Shown piece after piece: positions 37,801 to 46,332 of a DNA stretch of 58,892 bases. Where the stretch lies: IMG/VR virus record IMGVR_UViG_3300032320_002219, positions 1 through 58,892 of that record; one strand, given 5' to 3'. The DNA is from a virus (lineage: Duplodnaviria > Caudoviricetes). The translations under genes were made by a program, and so were the position numbers. Positions within the stretch are counted from its first letter, which is position 1; the number at the start of each line of letters is the position of its first letter. Below the pieces are notes generated by a model. The model had not been told where the DNA came from, searched no databases, and worked only from the letters and a program-made list of their open reading frames with translations.

Positions 37801-40104
37801 GGCGCCGGCTGCGCCAGAAACCTCTGGCGACGCGCTGCGGACTTGAGCCTCGCGCGATTTCTTCTGCTCTTCGCGCAGGTCTTTGATTCGCTGCTCAATG
37901 TCTCCGCGTGGCCCACTTTGAGACGCAGCCCTCAGCGCCTTGGCCATGTCCTCGAAGGCTTTTTTGTTCTGCTCGGCAAGGTTTCTCGACTTCTCAAGTT
38001 CGTCGTTCATGAACTTGAGTGCGCCTTCGGCTTCCTTGGACGCCTTCCCAAGGCCGCTAAATTGAATAAGCAGCTGCGCTCCAACCGTCGCCGCAACGCC
38101 CGCAATCAACCCCTTTGTGCCGCCGAGAACGAAGCCGAACTGGGAAATGTTGTTGCTGATCGCCCGCAGCTTGTACTCAAAGCCGCCCGTGGACGAGAAG
38201 AAGTCGTCGACCGCAAACGTCAACTGCTGCAACGCAAGCTGGCCGGCCATTGCAGAGCCGCGTAGACCGGAGATGTCGCCTCGCAGTCGGCGGTTGGCAG
38301 ACAGAAGCCTGTCAAGTTGTTTTTCTGTAAACCTCGTCGGGTCGAGGCCGGCAAGTTCCGTCGCCAGTGCTTTGCTCTCGGCACGAATTTGTGCCAGAAG
38401 CCTCTCTGCGTTGGCGTTGCCTTCTGGAGTCCGAGGCTGGGAGGCGATCTGCTGATAGAGCGACTTGACCTTTGCCCTCGACGCCTCAAGGGAGGCGCCG
38501 AACTTCGTGCCGAGTTCTTCGTTCAGGTTGCCGCCAAGGTTCAGCAGCAGCTGAAAGTCGTTGATGTAGTCCTTGACCGCGCGAGGCTGCAGGTTGATGG
38601 CCGTTGACGAATCGAACTCGTTTAAAAGTTGCTGCTGCTTGGCGGCGGCCCTGGTGTCCTGCTCAAGGTCTGAGATAGTGCGACGGAGCGTTTCGATCTC
38701 TGCCTTTAGCGGCGTTGTTTTCTGGTTTACGAGCCTCTGCAGGCTTGCAGTGGCGCCGTCAAGCCGCTTCTGAAGGTCTCCCGCCAGACTTCCATCGAGT
38801 TTTCCGATAGAGTCCTGAAGCTGCCTCGCTCGGCCGCCGATGTCTTCGCTCAGTGATCTGCGCCTGCGGGCTCCGATGACTTCGTCGCGGGCCACTCCGG
38901 CTGATAGAAGCTCTCGGTCGACGTCTCGCCGCTTGGAAGCCTCGCTGCCCAGCGAGGAGACGCTGTCTCTTGCCGACTTGTTTATGTTGTCAATCGTCGC
39001 CCGAGCGCCCGCAAGCCGCAATCCGGCGTCTGCCTGAGAATTGAGTTTTGCGAGTGCCGCAGCGGCAGCGGCGCTTCCCTCCGCTAACGACTGGGACGCC
39101 TGGGCGGTGCTTCTGATTTGCTCTGCGTAGCTGTCGAGACCCGCCGCGCGAAGTGCCTGGATGGCTTGGGCGGCTTTCTGTGCAGTCCTCTCTGCCTCTG
39201 TCCCCGCGGACGGCGCGATCATGCCGGCAACGGACGCCAGAGACGTCACGTTCGCGAGCCTTTGATTGCGAATCGACTGCTGCTCTGTTTCTCTGTCGAG
39301 CCTTGCCTGGGCCGCTGCCTGCTCACGCGCAGCGGATGCCGCCGACGAAAGGGCAACAGAATTCGTCGGACTCCTGGACAGGACCGACTCTGCCACGGCG
39401 GCTTTCAGTTTCGCGCGCTCAACCTTTGCGGTGAGCGCTTCAATTCGCTCTGACGCCGCAGCCGCGTCGCGAATGATCCCCTGAAAGAACGGGTCTTCCC
39501 GCTGGGCGGCCGGAAGCTGGGCAGCCTTGTCTCGCAGGGCGATGAATTTCTGCAGTTCCTCGAGCGCCCGCGGCTGAACGAACTTGGCTCCGGCGTTCTC
39601 GGTGGCCAGCCCGCCAGTGACCCTGCTGAACTCCGAGACAACAGCGGTGCTGGCCTTCAGCCGCTCGATCTGCTTCGTAAGCGCGTCGATCCTCGCTCGC
39701 GAGGCGTCGAATGTCGTCGTGCCGGCCTGGATTTCCTTGAAGAGGTTCTGGAAGCCCTTTTGGGCTCGCTCAAGGGCGGGATACAGATACGCCTGAGTCG
39801 ACGAGGCCAGCGACTCGATCTGTCCCTTGACCTTTGTCAGCGGCTTGCCGATGTCTTCGAAGACCTTGTAGAGGTCTTGAAGCGCTCCAACGTCGATCTT
39901 CTTGCCGAGGGCTTCCTGCAGCGTCCTGCGAAAAAGCTGGACTTTTGTCAGCGTCTTGTCGAGCGCCGAAGTCTCAAGGTTAAGGCGATAGCCCTGGACT
40001 TTCTTCTGCAGCGAATTTAGCTCGGACTTCACGCTCCCAATGGTGCGGGTGAAGTCCGTGGCGTTCGCCGTGATGACTGCAGAGATTTTTCCTAGAAGAG
40101 CCAT
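34852..40104 (-). CDS. tape measure protein
   Basis: 1750 aa, Ala/Arg/Glu/Gln-rich helical protein after the tail chaperones. Confidence 0.92.
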   Translation of the reverse strand: MALLGKISAVITANATDFTRTIGSVKSELNSLQKKVQGYRLNLETSALDKTLTKVQLFRRTLQEALGKKIDVGALQDLYKVFEDIGKPLTKVKGQIESLASSTQAYLYPALERAQKGFQNLFKEIQAGTTTFDASRARIDALTKQIERLKASTAVVSEFSRVTGGLATENAGAKFVQPRALEELQKFIALRDKAAQLPAAQREDPFFQGIIRDAAAASERIEALTAKVERAKLKAAVAESVLSRSPTNSVALSSAASAAREQAAAQARLDRETEQQSIRNQRLANVTSLASVAGMIAPSAGTEAERTAQKAAQAIQALRAAGLDSYAEQIRSTAQASQSLAEGSAAAAAALAKLNSQADAGLRLAGARATIDNINKSARDSVSSLGSEASKRRDVDRELLSAGVARDEVIGARRRRSLSEDIGGRARQLQDSIGKLDGSLAGDLQKRLDGATASLQRLVNQKTTPLKAEIETLRRTISDLEQDTRAAAKQQQLLNEFDSSTAINLQPRAVKDYINDFQLLLNLGGNLNEELGTKFGASLEASRAKVKSLYQQIASQPRTPEGNANAERLLAQIRAESKALATELAGLDPTRFTEKQLDRLLSANRRLRGDISGLRGSAMAGQLALQQLTFAVDDFFSSTGGFEYKLRAISNNISQFGFVLGGTKGLIAGVAATVGAQLLIQFSGLGKASKEAEGALKFMNDELEKSRNLAEQNKKAFEDMAKALRAASQSGPRGDIEQRIKDLREEQKKSREAQVRSASPEVSGAAGARAAAEERLSKATGSERVRLARELEQLRKRERDAIERSTTPLDGRAPGGRLTGVGNLLERARQAELTSLGRRESAAIVPFGEQRRSERLAGLRAERVTAPTTQQEAVKAIESRLDELIKTQQTADPIDRIAAQLEDALGGFQIALPGRFAAVEAFQINEKVIVELNAELERLKEVIRNGADDTAAGFAEQALIAQEEIKGVFKDLAALRLDGDVRGRLEEQFSAPATGLADAVKKIEEALRLDPSADISALKTEAETAAKALESLYQQADALARDAALGNFVPTAERLATAAQIAGTAGGPTLAGSNAARFEADRQELENRRRRAELRGPAGAADVAAIDKELEKIRLLAGEVGKAAIAVAAFQRAAEEAALNLSRTLVSEAQSDVERARRRANRVAEDRELGPGARRELEEAKRRRREQEDSDRQLQRETENERAKFEREKAGQGRVGYLAREVQQGRLDQENMTLGVDQQLAGKQRADEADAQLRRLLEDRLEPFREAADERDRARQAEIEASRKFNERTIGRADVVGGIQSGNKRMAAALGGDSVKAAADLSRAMEEAKRKIDDAAQTGADIPEELTDRIEELAKEVARQREDFVNQTIDRTQNRAGGFDAQSKRARDEVQGFASNIEGELTALEVQRQSLEQQRDEALQQNFGELASTIQTDINAMDAHAARLNAAAIAVGAFQAAANKAALDLQNKVASESQGAAEAARRRANEAEAIFGERSPQAREARAEQKRREDAARAADDEAARARKAIADERTKFEDEIAAGANPAAAARAEKIRQLEADAADERKSAAEREAAKAEADRLRREQEREFENRPGVKDERRKADEADRERARKDSAARGRELMKTERQRAEEQLRASAGDIGNAAAQMRADGVPRAQVQSQVQNAANNLARQAAPLLAQFADEVMNARLAGPSRAALNAQDVQTTEGARELNRLLRGDDAAKDVNLLELRKQSDLLQAIENAIRATTGVVVDL

Positions 40105-40108
40105 TTCC

Positions 40109-40417
40109 TCATCCTTGAGGTGCCCGCAGTTTCATCAGTTCCGAAATGATCTGTTCCTGCGTTTGTTGCGGCGCAACTGCAGCAGGAATGAACGTGTTTT
40201 CGTCTGGTACTTTCTTGTAGTTCCCGCTGGCCGCCATGACGATCCGGCAAATTCTCGCCGTCTGCGCCCAGGGGTTTGGCAGTGGCCATCGCTGGTCGAA
40301 GGCGTACCACTCCGAAAGCTCCTCGCTGTCCAGTTCGGACAGCAGTTGTTTGACGGTTTTCCCCAGCGCCAGCGCTAGGCGGAAGTAGAACCTCCGCTCT
40401 GGCCTGTCTGTAAATCT
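40109..40417 (-). CDS. tail assembly chaperone extension (gpT-like), made by -1 frameshift
   Basis: Slippery G GGA AAA at 40423-40417; the -1 frame reads RFTDRPERRFYFRLALALGKTVKQLLSELDSEELSEWYAF... to TGA at 40109. Confidence 0.85.
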   Translation of the reverse strand, partial: RFTDRPERRFYFRLALALGKTVKQLLSELDSEELSEWYAFDQRWPLPNPWAQTARICRIVMAASGNYKKVPDENTFIPAAVAPQQTQEQIISELMKLRAPQG

Positions 40418-40746
40418 TTTCCCAGGGCATCAACGTCCTCCGAGCGGAAGGCATTGTGGGCCCACGCCTTTTCAAACAGCCGCGAAATCACGGTGGCAGA
40501 CTTCTTCCCGAGATCGTCTGCCTCCGCATCGGCGAACAGGCGCTCCCCTTTGCTGTCGCACAGCGTCAGGATCAGAAAGCGAACGCGGAAGTTCTTCATC
40601 TTGTCGGTGCTGTACGCGTCCTCGAACGCGTCGCGCTCCGTGCCGGAAAGTGTCTTGATGTAGACGTCGCCGCCCCACTCAGGAACAGAAATCGCTTCCG
40701 TCTTGACGTCATCGGCCGCCAGAATCTTTGCCTTGTTCAAAGCCAT
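40375..40746 (-). CDS. tail assembly chaperone (gpG-like)
   Basis: VPEWGG.V...LSG.ERD, CD..G.RLF, ...LGK. Confidence 0.85.
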   Translation of the reverse strand: MALNKAKILAADDVKTEAISVPEWGGDVYIKTLSGTERDAFEDAYSTDKMKNFRVRFLILTLCDSKGERLFADAEADDLGKKSATVISRLFEKAWAHNAFRSEDVDALGKDLQTGQSGGSTSA

Positions 40747-40768
40747 CTTTTATGTTCCTGTGAAGCCT

Positions 40769-41134
40769 TTACGGCACGTAATCGGTCAAACGAAACTTCA
40801 TCGTACCACGAACCAATTCACCAGCGCTTGCTTCGACTGTCGCACTTTCCAGGATTCCGCGTCTTGAAACAGTGATTGCTGTCGAAGCAAAAACAATCTC
40901 CCCGACGGTCCCTAGTTCCGCGTTGGGGACGGCATCTGCCAGATAGTCGATTGTAATCGAGCCCCCCGTGTACGCGCCGGTCGGGACTGCAACAACTTTG
41001 TTGACAGGGTCGAACATTCCGGTCATGTCCACAATCTCTGCCGTCGGCGTCTCGACCTGAATGCCGACCACGTTTCCGATGGCAGAGCCATTGAACGACA
41101 CCGAGGCGCTGTACGGTATTCCGGGCATTGTCAC
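40769..41134 (-). CDS. tail-tube-like protein, paralog 3
   Basis: Shares G..TIDY and AS.GELVRG...FR with its neighbours. Confidence 0.6.
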   Translation of the reverse strand: MTMPGIPYSASVSFNGSAIGNVVGIQVETPTAEIVDMTGMFDPVNKVVAVPTGAYTGGSITIDYLADAVPNAELGTVGEIVFASTAITVSRRGILESATVEASAGELVRGTMKFRLTDYVP

Positions 41135-41490
41135 ACCCCGACGCGGAAGGAAGCCGAGCCGCGCACAAGCTCGCCAAGCGACGCGCTGACTTGGGATGAG
41201 ATGCAGGTCGCTGACGTATACGGGCCGAACGCCAGCTTGCCTGACACTGTGAGTGTCGCGTTCGCCCCAACAAGCGGGGCTGTTGCGCCGATGAAATCGA
41301 CCTGCACGGTGGGGAGCGAGTCGACGGAGCGGTGCAGGTAGTAAACTGGCTCGATGTCGTTCGGCCCCAGCCCCACGTGCGCCCCGGATACGCGTTCGCG
41401 CTCCTGGCCCAAGTCAACGCTAACGCTCGTGACCGTGTAGGCAGAAGCGCCGAACGTGAACGACGTCCCCTGCGAGCTTGTGCCTGCCAT
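41131..41490 (-). CDS. tail-tube-like protein, paralog 2
   Basis: MAGTSSQGTSFTFG...TVTSV...GELVRGSASFRV. Confidence 0.65.
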   Translation of the reverse strand: MAGTSSQGTSFTFGASAYTVTSVSVDLGQERERVSGAHVGLGPNDIEPVYYLHRSVDSLPTVQVDFIGATAPLVGANATLTVSGKLAFGPYTSATCISSQVSASLGELVRGSASFRVGV

Positions 41491-41496
41491 GTCGCC

Positions 41497-41835
41497 TTAC
41501 GCGACGCGGAAGGTCGCGCTCCCTGACACGAGGGCACCGACCGAGCCGCCGATCGAAGACGAAGCGATCGTCGCCGTAACGCCGGTGAACTGGAACGGTC
41601 CGGTGATCGAGAGGTTGCCGCTGATGCCGGCGGTGAGGATGACGTTCGAGATGTAGTCGATCGTGACCTCGCGCTCCGTGGCGAATCCGCCCACGAACTC
41701 ACGGCGGCCGTTCGGGGCGATGCCGAGGTGCGAGCCGTCGAGGAGGTCTTGGGTGTCATTGACCTGAACGCTTGTGACCGTGAGCGTGGTGCCGCCGAAA
41801 ACAAAGGTCAAACCCTGGGACGAAACGCCTGCCAT
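41497..41835 (-). CDS. major tail (tube) protein, paralog 1
   Basis: MAGVSSQGLTFVFG...TVTSV...GALVSGSATFRV; strongest RBS; follows the tail terminator. Confidence 0.7.
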   Translation of the reverse strand: MAGVSSQGLTFVFGGTTLTVTSVQVNDTQDLLDGSHLGIAPNGRREFVGGFATEREVTIDYISNVILTAGISGNLSITGPFQFTGVTATIASSSIGGSVGALVSGSATFRVA

Positions 41836-41867
41836 GTTTGCTGCGCCTCCTTGCGCCTAAAAAACTG

Positions 41868-42296
41868 TTACTCGGTAGCCTCTGACCACCGAATTGAGTA
41901 AAGCTGTCGAACTTCGTAGGCCGGTGGAAGTTGAGCGCCCACCTCCGTCGGGTCGATGTAGTCGTCGACCTCAGAAACAAGCCTCATATCACTGATTGTA
42001 ACGCCCGCAAGGGTGCCCGTGTGGCCATCCAAAGCCAACCGGACCTCGTCGGCAAGCTCCCTGACGACGTCATACGACAACGCCCAGCACGAGATTTGCA
42101 GGCTGACAACCGGCTGAAACATCGGGCCACTCAGCGTGGACTCGCGAAGGATATTCACTCGCCTGTACGCAATCAGCGGCATCGTGGCGCCGGTCTTGGG
42201 GACCGCGATTGGGTAAATCTGAAAACCAGTCAGCCTCGCCACGCCGGGGGAGGACGCGAGCTTCAGGTATGCGTGCCGCTCTGGTGAGACCAGCAT
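41868..42296 (-). CDS. tail terminator/completion protein (DUF3168-like)
   Basis: IYP, P.I.Y, LQIS.W...Y...LA..VR.ALD. Confidence 0.8.
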   Translation of the reverse strand: MLVSPERHAYLKLASSPGVARLTGFQIYPIAVPKTGATMPLIAYRRVNILRESTLSGPMFQPVVSLQISCWALSYDVVRELADEVRLALDGHTGTLAGVTISDMRLVSEVDDYIDPTEVGAQLPPAYEVRQLYSIRWSEATE

Positions 42297-42298
42297 GG

Positions 42299-43027
42299 CT
42301 AGATGGACCCCGAGATGGTGTCATTGATGGCATCTACAATGCCTGACCTGAGAATGTTGCGCACGTTTGCGGACTGTGCCGCGATGGTCTTCTGCATCAA
42401 GCCGTAACCCGGCATGGCGCCGTACGTTTCGCCTGGGTGCAGCGTGTAGACCCTCGGCCCCTTGCCGATGTCTGGCAGGAAGTCGTGCGGGTAGCCTTTT
42501 CCTCGTCTCGGCTGCCGCGTCGGCTCATGCCACGAAGACATCAAGAAGTAGTAGCCGCGGCTGCGCTTGGCGAACTTTTCGCTATCTTCGAGCCTTGCGT
42601 GCACAGTCATCTTGCGATTTATCATCTTGTGGACGTTGACATATGTCTTGCGATTTCGCGTGCTCGGCTGCCTGCGGCCGTTGCTCCCAAATTCCACGAG
42701 CCAGCTGTGGTTGCCGCTCGCCATCGCGCCGGTTGCCCCGGAGCTGCCGGTGTGCCTTGGGCCGGCAACGGCGATAGACGTCCCGCTTGGGTAGGTTTTC
42801 GTCTTGATGGTCGTGCTTTTCGCGAGGTTGCCGGTGGCGTCGTGAGTCAGGGCGCGGCTCTTGTACTCGTCGCGAATCGGGATGGCGGCCTCCCGCAGAA
42901 CCTTCTCTAGCACGCCTCCCTTGCCAAAGGAGCCGATAAGCAGGTCGAGAATGTCGATCATTGGGCCGACGCCGGTCAGGCTGACGCGAATGAACGCTTC
43001 TGCTGCCGACAGATTGGACGCCATCAC
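42299..43027 (-). CDS. HK97 gp10-like neck protein
   Basis: TG.L..S, LVEFG; synteny. Confidence 0.7.
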   Translation of the reverse strand: MMASNLSAAEAFIRVSLTGVGPMIDILDLLIGSFGKGGVLEKVLREAAIPIRDEYKSRALTHDATGNLAKSTTIKTKTYPSGTSIAVAGPRHTGSSGATGAMASGNHSWLVEFGSNGRRQPSTRNRKTYVNVHKMINRKMTVHARLEDSEKFAKRSRGYYFLMSSWHEPTRQPRRGKGYPHDFLPDIGKGPRVYTLHPGETYGAMPGYGLMQKTIAAQSANVRNILRSGIVDAINDTISGSI

Positions 43028-43341
43028 TGCACCTCGCGGGCTAGGATTTCGTGCATCGTGCGGTTCTCCCGCTCGACCACGCTCGCTATCTCCATTGTGC
43101 GCCCCCGCCAGACGATGCGGTGGGTATGCAAAAGCCCCGGCAGGAATCGTGTGCGAATCTTGTGAGACGCAATGGCGTTGGCCTGCTGGGCCTGCAGCAT
43201 CTCGCGGCTCGAGAGTCCGTCGACGCTAGCCCAAACGATCGCGAACGTGGCCCACGACAGCGTGGCCTCGCCGAGCGGGCTACGCAACTCTGTGGGCACC
43301 TCGATGGTGATCCGCTCGCGAAGAGCTCCGGCTTTTATCAC
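43024..43341 (-). CDS. head-closure (head-tail adaptor) protein
   Basis: AG.LRERITIE, WA.V, RIVW.G. Confidence 0.88.
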   Translation of the reverse strand: MIKAGALRERITIEVPTELRSPLGEATLSWATFAIVWASVDGLSSREMLQAQQANAIASHKIRTRFLPGLLHTHRIVWRGRTMEIASVVERENRTMHEILAREVQ

Positions 43342-43841
43342 GAGACCGTGCCCTCGCCGATGAGAACGATGTCGTAGGTGCAAGAGCCCGAGACGGCGGC
43401 GAATCTTGCGACAGCCTCGATGCCGACGCCAGTCGTCGGCCCGTCTGCCCCTGGAGTCGAGAAAAAGTAGCACCCCCCCGGCGCGATCTGGAGCGGTACG
43501 TTAATCGGAAGGCCGGCAAAAGCCGTGACGCCGGTGACGCCTCCGACTGCCAGCGTTGCTGATGCGCTCGTGTTGCGGACGTACACCAGCTTGATGTTTG
43601 AGAACGCAACAACGACAGCGGCGCCGTCGCGAGTGTCTGGCAGTGTCTTGAGCGGAAGGTCGTCATTTGAAGTCGTTGCCGTCCGCGAGTCGCTCCAGAC
43701 GACCTGGGCCTGATTCGCCTCCGTGCCGTCCGTCAGAGACAGCGCGTACGAGGCCGGCGTTGCCCGCAGCGTCCGCGACAGGTCGCCGTTCGACGTCTCA
43801 TGGGCCAGAATCGACAGCAAAATTTGTGCGTTCAGTGGCAT
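43338..43841 (-). CDS. neck-region virion protein
   Basis: WSD.RT, K.VYVRN; related to 44214-44702. Confidence 0.6.
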   Translation of the reverse strand: MPLNAQILLSILAHETSNGDLSRTLRATPASYALSLTDGTEANQAQVVWSDSRTATTSNDDLPLKTLPDTRDGAAVVVAFSNIKLVYVRNTSASATLAVGGVTGVTAFAGLPINVPLQIAPGGCYFFSTPGADGPTTGVGIEAVARFAAVSGSCTYDIVLIGEGTVS

Positions 43842-43842
43842 T

Positions 43843-44211
43843 TTAGCCCTCCGTAATGTCGACCCGGAGTCGTGTGCCGGCGGTGCCGCGGGCTCTGTAG
43901 TCCGTCCCGGCGGAAAGCCTCAAAACCGCTGGCTCGCCGGCACGGAGTGTGCAGAAGCCAACAAACGACCCGCCTTCGCTGATGCCGATCGTTACGGTCG
44001 CGGCCGTTGCCGTAGACAGATTCCTGAAGAACGCCATCCCGACTCTTGACAAGTTCGCCGTGCTGATCTGCGTGACGTTCGTCGACAGGGCCATCGTCAT
44101 GCTACTCATGCCAGCCTCGCTCATCGTGGCTGTCACGTTGCCGACGCTGACGGAGTTGCTGAGAAATTCCTTGTCGACCTTCATGCTTAATGTGTAGGAA
44201 ATATCTGCCAT
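43843..44211 (-). CDS. neck-region virion protein
   Basis: FFRNLS, LRAGE; Ser/Thr-rich. Confidence 0.6.
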   Translation of the reverse strand: MADISYTLSMKVDKEFLSNSVSVGNVTATMSEAGMSSMTMALSTNVTQISTANLSRVGMAFFRNLSTATAATVTIGISEGGSFVGFCTLRAGEPAVLRLSAGTDYRARGTAGTRLRVDITEG

Positions 44212-44213
44212 CG

Positions 44214-44702
44214 CTATACCCCCATGACGTAGATTTCGTATTGCTGGCCGCTCGTGCCGCCGATGCGGAGAATGCTGCCGCCGCTCGTTGTGGCGAAGCC
44301 TGTCGTGTTCGGGCAGGAGAGCATAAAACAGCCGCTCTCGCGTATCGGATAGCCTCGAAGTGTCAGGCTTCCGAGGTTGATCATTGGGCTGAAGTTCCAG
44401 CTCGTAACGTCCTGCCTGAAGGCGCTGAACTGGGAGCCAGTCCAGCCGGCCGTGAGGGCCATCTGGGTTGTCGATGACAAGTTTTTGAGGAACAGCATCT
44501 TTACTGTGCCGATGCCAATCGAGGCGAAGTCGATATCGTCGTAGCCGACCGACTGGAACGTCCTCCGGTCGCTGAACACCTTCGTGCAATCGCCAACCAA
44601 CACGGAGAAGTCGAAGGAGTGGGTAGAGTTCGACCGCGTCAGGCCGCTGGTCTGGTCGAGCGAGGCGTCTGCTTTTGCGACAACCGTCGCTGTCAGGCTC
44701 AT
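44214..44702 (-). CDS. neck-region virion protein
   Basis: FSD.RT, KMLFLKNLS, GCF, YEI...G. Confidence 0.6.
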   Translation of the reverse strand: MSLTATVVAKADASLDQTSGLTRSNSTHSFDFSVLVGDCTKVFSDRRTFQSVGYDDIDFASIGIGTVKMLFLKNLSSTTQMALTAGWTGSQFSAFRQDVTSWNFSPMINLGSLTLRGYPIRESGCFMLSCPNTTGFATTSGGSILRIGGTSGQQYEIYVMGV

Positions 44703-45337
44703 CTGTACCCGCCCCACCCGCTTGCGGCCATCAGTGTTTCGAACGTCATCGGTACTTCCATCATTTGGCCAGACGTCACGGCCTCGCGGTTTGCATACCA
44801 GTGGCCAATCAGAAGCAGCATCCCGTGGCGGATCGTCTGCGGCACACTCGACCCCGAGGCACCGTACCCAGCGTTCCACTGAACAATCACGCTGTTTTCG
44901 TCGCCTCGCGCGGGCGGCCATGCCTCGAGATACTTCGGGTAGATGCGCCCCGGCGTGACGTAATGATCGACCTGGAAGTCTCCGGTGCTGCTCGTCAGTA
45001 TTACCGCGTCTCCGTTTGGGTTCCTGTACGTGACGGTCACAGCCCCAGAGAGCATCGGCGGGCGCGGGAGAATGACCTCCCACGACGGGAAGTTGTCGTA
45101 CCGTGCGGTCCATGTCGTCGTAATGAGCGTGACGTCGAGCCTGCCTTCCACGTATTCGCGCGCGCCGGCGATGAGCGCCGAGATAAGGGAGTCGTCTGAG
45201 CTGTTGTCGACGCGGCAGTGGGCCTTCGCCTCTGCAAGCGTTACCGGCTCGACTGCTGGCCCAGACGTCCGCACAAGGCTCCTGTACGGCGTGAGCGCGA
45301 CGTCTGGGTTTTCTGGTGCTGGAAATACAAGTGTCAT
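44699..45337 (-). CDS. head-tail connector protein (gp6-like)
   Basis: EPVTLAEAKAHCRVD and LLLIGHWY.NRE. Confidence 0.9.
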   Translation of the reverse strand: MTLVFPAPENPDVALTPYRSLVRTSGPAVEPVTLAEAKAHCRVDNSSDDSLISALIAGAREYVEGRLDVTLITTTWTARYDNFPSWEVILPRPPMLSGAVTVTYRNPNGDAVILTSSTGDFQVDHYVTPGRIYPKYLEAWPPARGDENSVIVQWNAGYGASGSSVPQTIRHGMLLLIGHWYANREAVTSGQMMEVPMTFETLMAASGWGGYR

Positions 45338-45528
45338 GGCTTCTTTTTCTTTGGCCTGCTGTCAATGAATGCCCGTTCGCACCGCTCCTCGACGGCAGCC
45401 GCCTCCGGTTCGTTGCGAACCTCCTCGACCATGCCGCGGCCGATGAAGATGCGGCACATGCCATCGGCCCAGTCGAACACCTGCCCGACCTTGTAGCCGC
45501 GAAACGCCTTGGCGATGCGAATCTTCAT
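45334..45528 (-). CDS. small head-associated protein
   Basis: MKIRIAK...Y..GQV...I.RG; ATGA coupling. Confidence 0.6.
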   Translation of the reverse strand: MKIRIAKAFRGYKVGQVFDWADGMCRIFIGRGMVEEVRNEPEAAAVEERCERAFIDSRPKKKKP

Positions 45529-46256
45529 GCCACGAACCCCCATGCGTCGCTCGGCGGCTTCTGGCCGCTGTTCCAGAAGTCGGTCGTGTGCTGCTGAATC
45601 TTGCCGCCTTCGACAGTCCGCGATGGCCAAGTCACCATCAGTTCGCAGTGGCCGACGCTGACGTTGGTCGCGATTCCCAGCTTGTTGCCGGAGGCCGAGA
45701 ACGATTTCCAGAACGCAATATCTTCGTCCAGGTGGCCGCCGTTGTATTCTCCCTGCTCGTTGGCGCGGCCCTCGAACCACGGCTTCTTCATCTTCTTGAT
45801 GGCTGCGGTGCGGATGAACGTGCAGCCGAAGTGAGCCGTCTCGGCTATCTGGACCGGCTTGTTGAACCAGTCGTCGTCGACGCTCGTCTTATCGTCCACG
45901 CTGACGCCGGGGAGGGCGAACATGACGGCGTTCGACTCCCGCTTCGTCTGAAGCGGAGCGATGGCGTCCACGCCGGCGTGCATCATCAAGGCTAGGAGAG
46001 CCTCCACGGTCTTGGCCGTGAAGACGGTATCGTAATCGAACGTGAGCACGACGTCGTGCGTGTCGATCACCGTCTCCATGCTGCGCTGGAGGCACTGGCC
46101 CCAGAACGCGCCCGTGTACTTGATCGGAGAAATCCGATGCGGGGCCAGCGCTTGGGAGACGCAGAAGAAATTGTCGGTGAAGCCGAGGCGAGGGCAGGAC
46201 ATAAGCGCCGCTACCTTCACCTCGGCTTCACAATTACCGATTCGCAGAAACATCAC
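45525..46256 (-). CDS. GT2-like glycosyltransferase in the head module
   Basis: DYD (DxD), FGC.FI, ED..F, VGH. Confidence 0.75.
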   Translation of the reverse strand: MMFLRIGNCEAEVKVAALMSCPRLGFTDNFFCVSQALAPHRISPIKYTGAFWGQCLQRSMETVIDTHDVVLTFDYDTVFTAKTVEALLALMMHAGVDAIAPLQTKRESNAVMFALPGVSVDDKTSVDDDWFNKPVQIAETAHFGCTFIRTAAIKKMKKPWFEGRANEQGEYNGGHLDEDIAFWKSFSASGNKLGIATNVSVGHCELMVTWPSRTVEGGKIQQHTTDFWNSGQKPPSDAWGFVA

Positions 46257-46332
46257 TCGCTCCTTGTGTAGGAGCGGGCGCGCGTCCTTGCGCCTTTAGT
46301 CGGCCGTCGTGGCCGTCCCGCTTGTATCGGGA

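Noticed and set aside
40092-40475. Track ORF of 127 aa as the second tail chaperone
   Set aside because: Wrong frame; the gpT-like sequence is in the -1 frame at 40417-40109.
43938-43953. Relaxed sigma54-like hits CGGCACG-GAGT-GTGCA here and CGGCACG-AACG-ATGCT at 8256
   Set aside because: They are antisense, intragenic and lack TTGC. They are treated as background, which also tempers confidence in the other relaxed hits.
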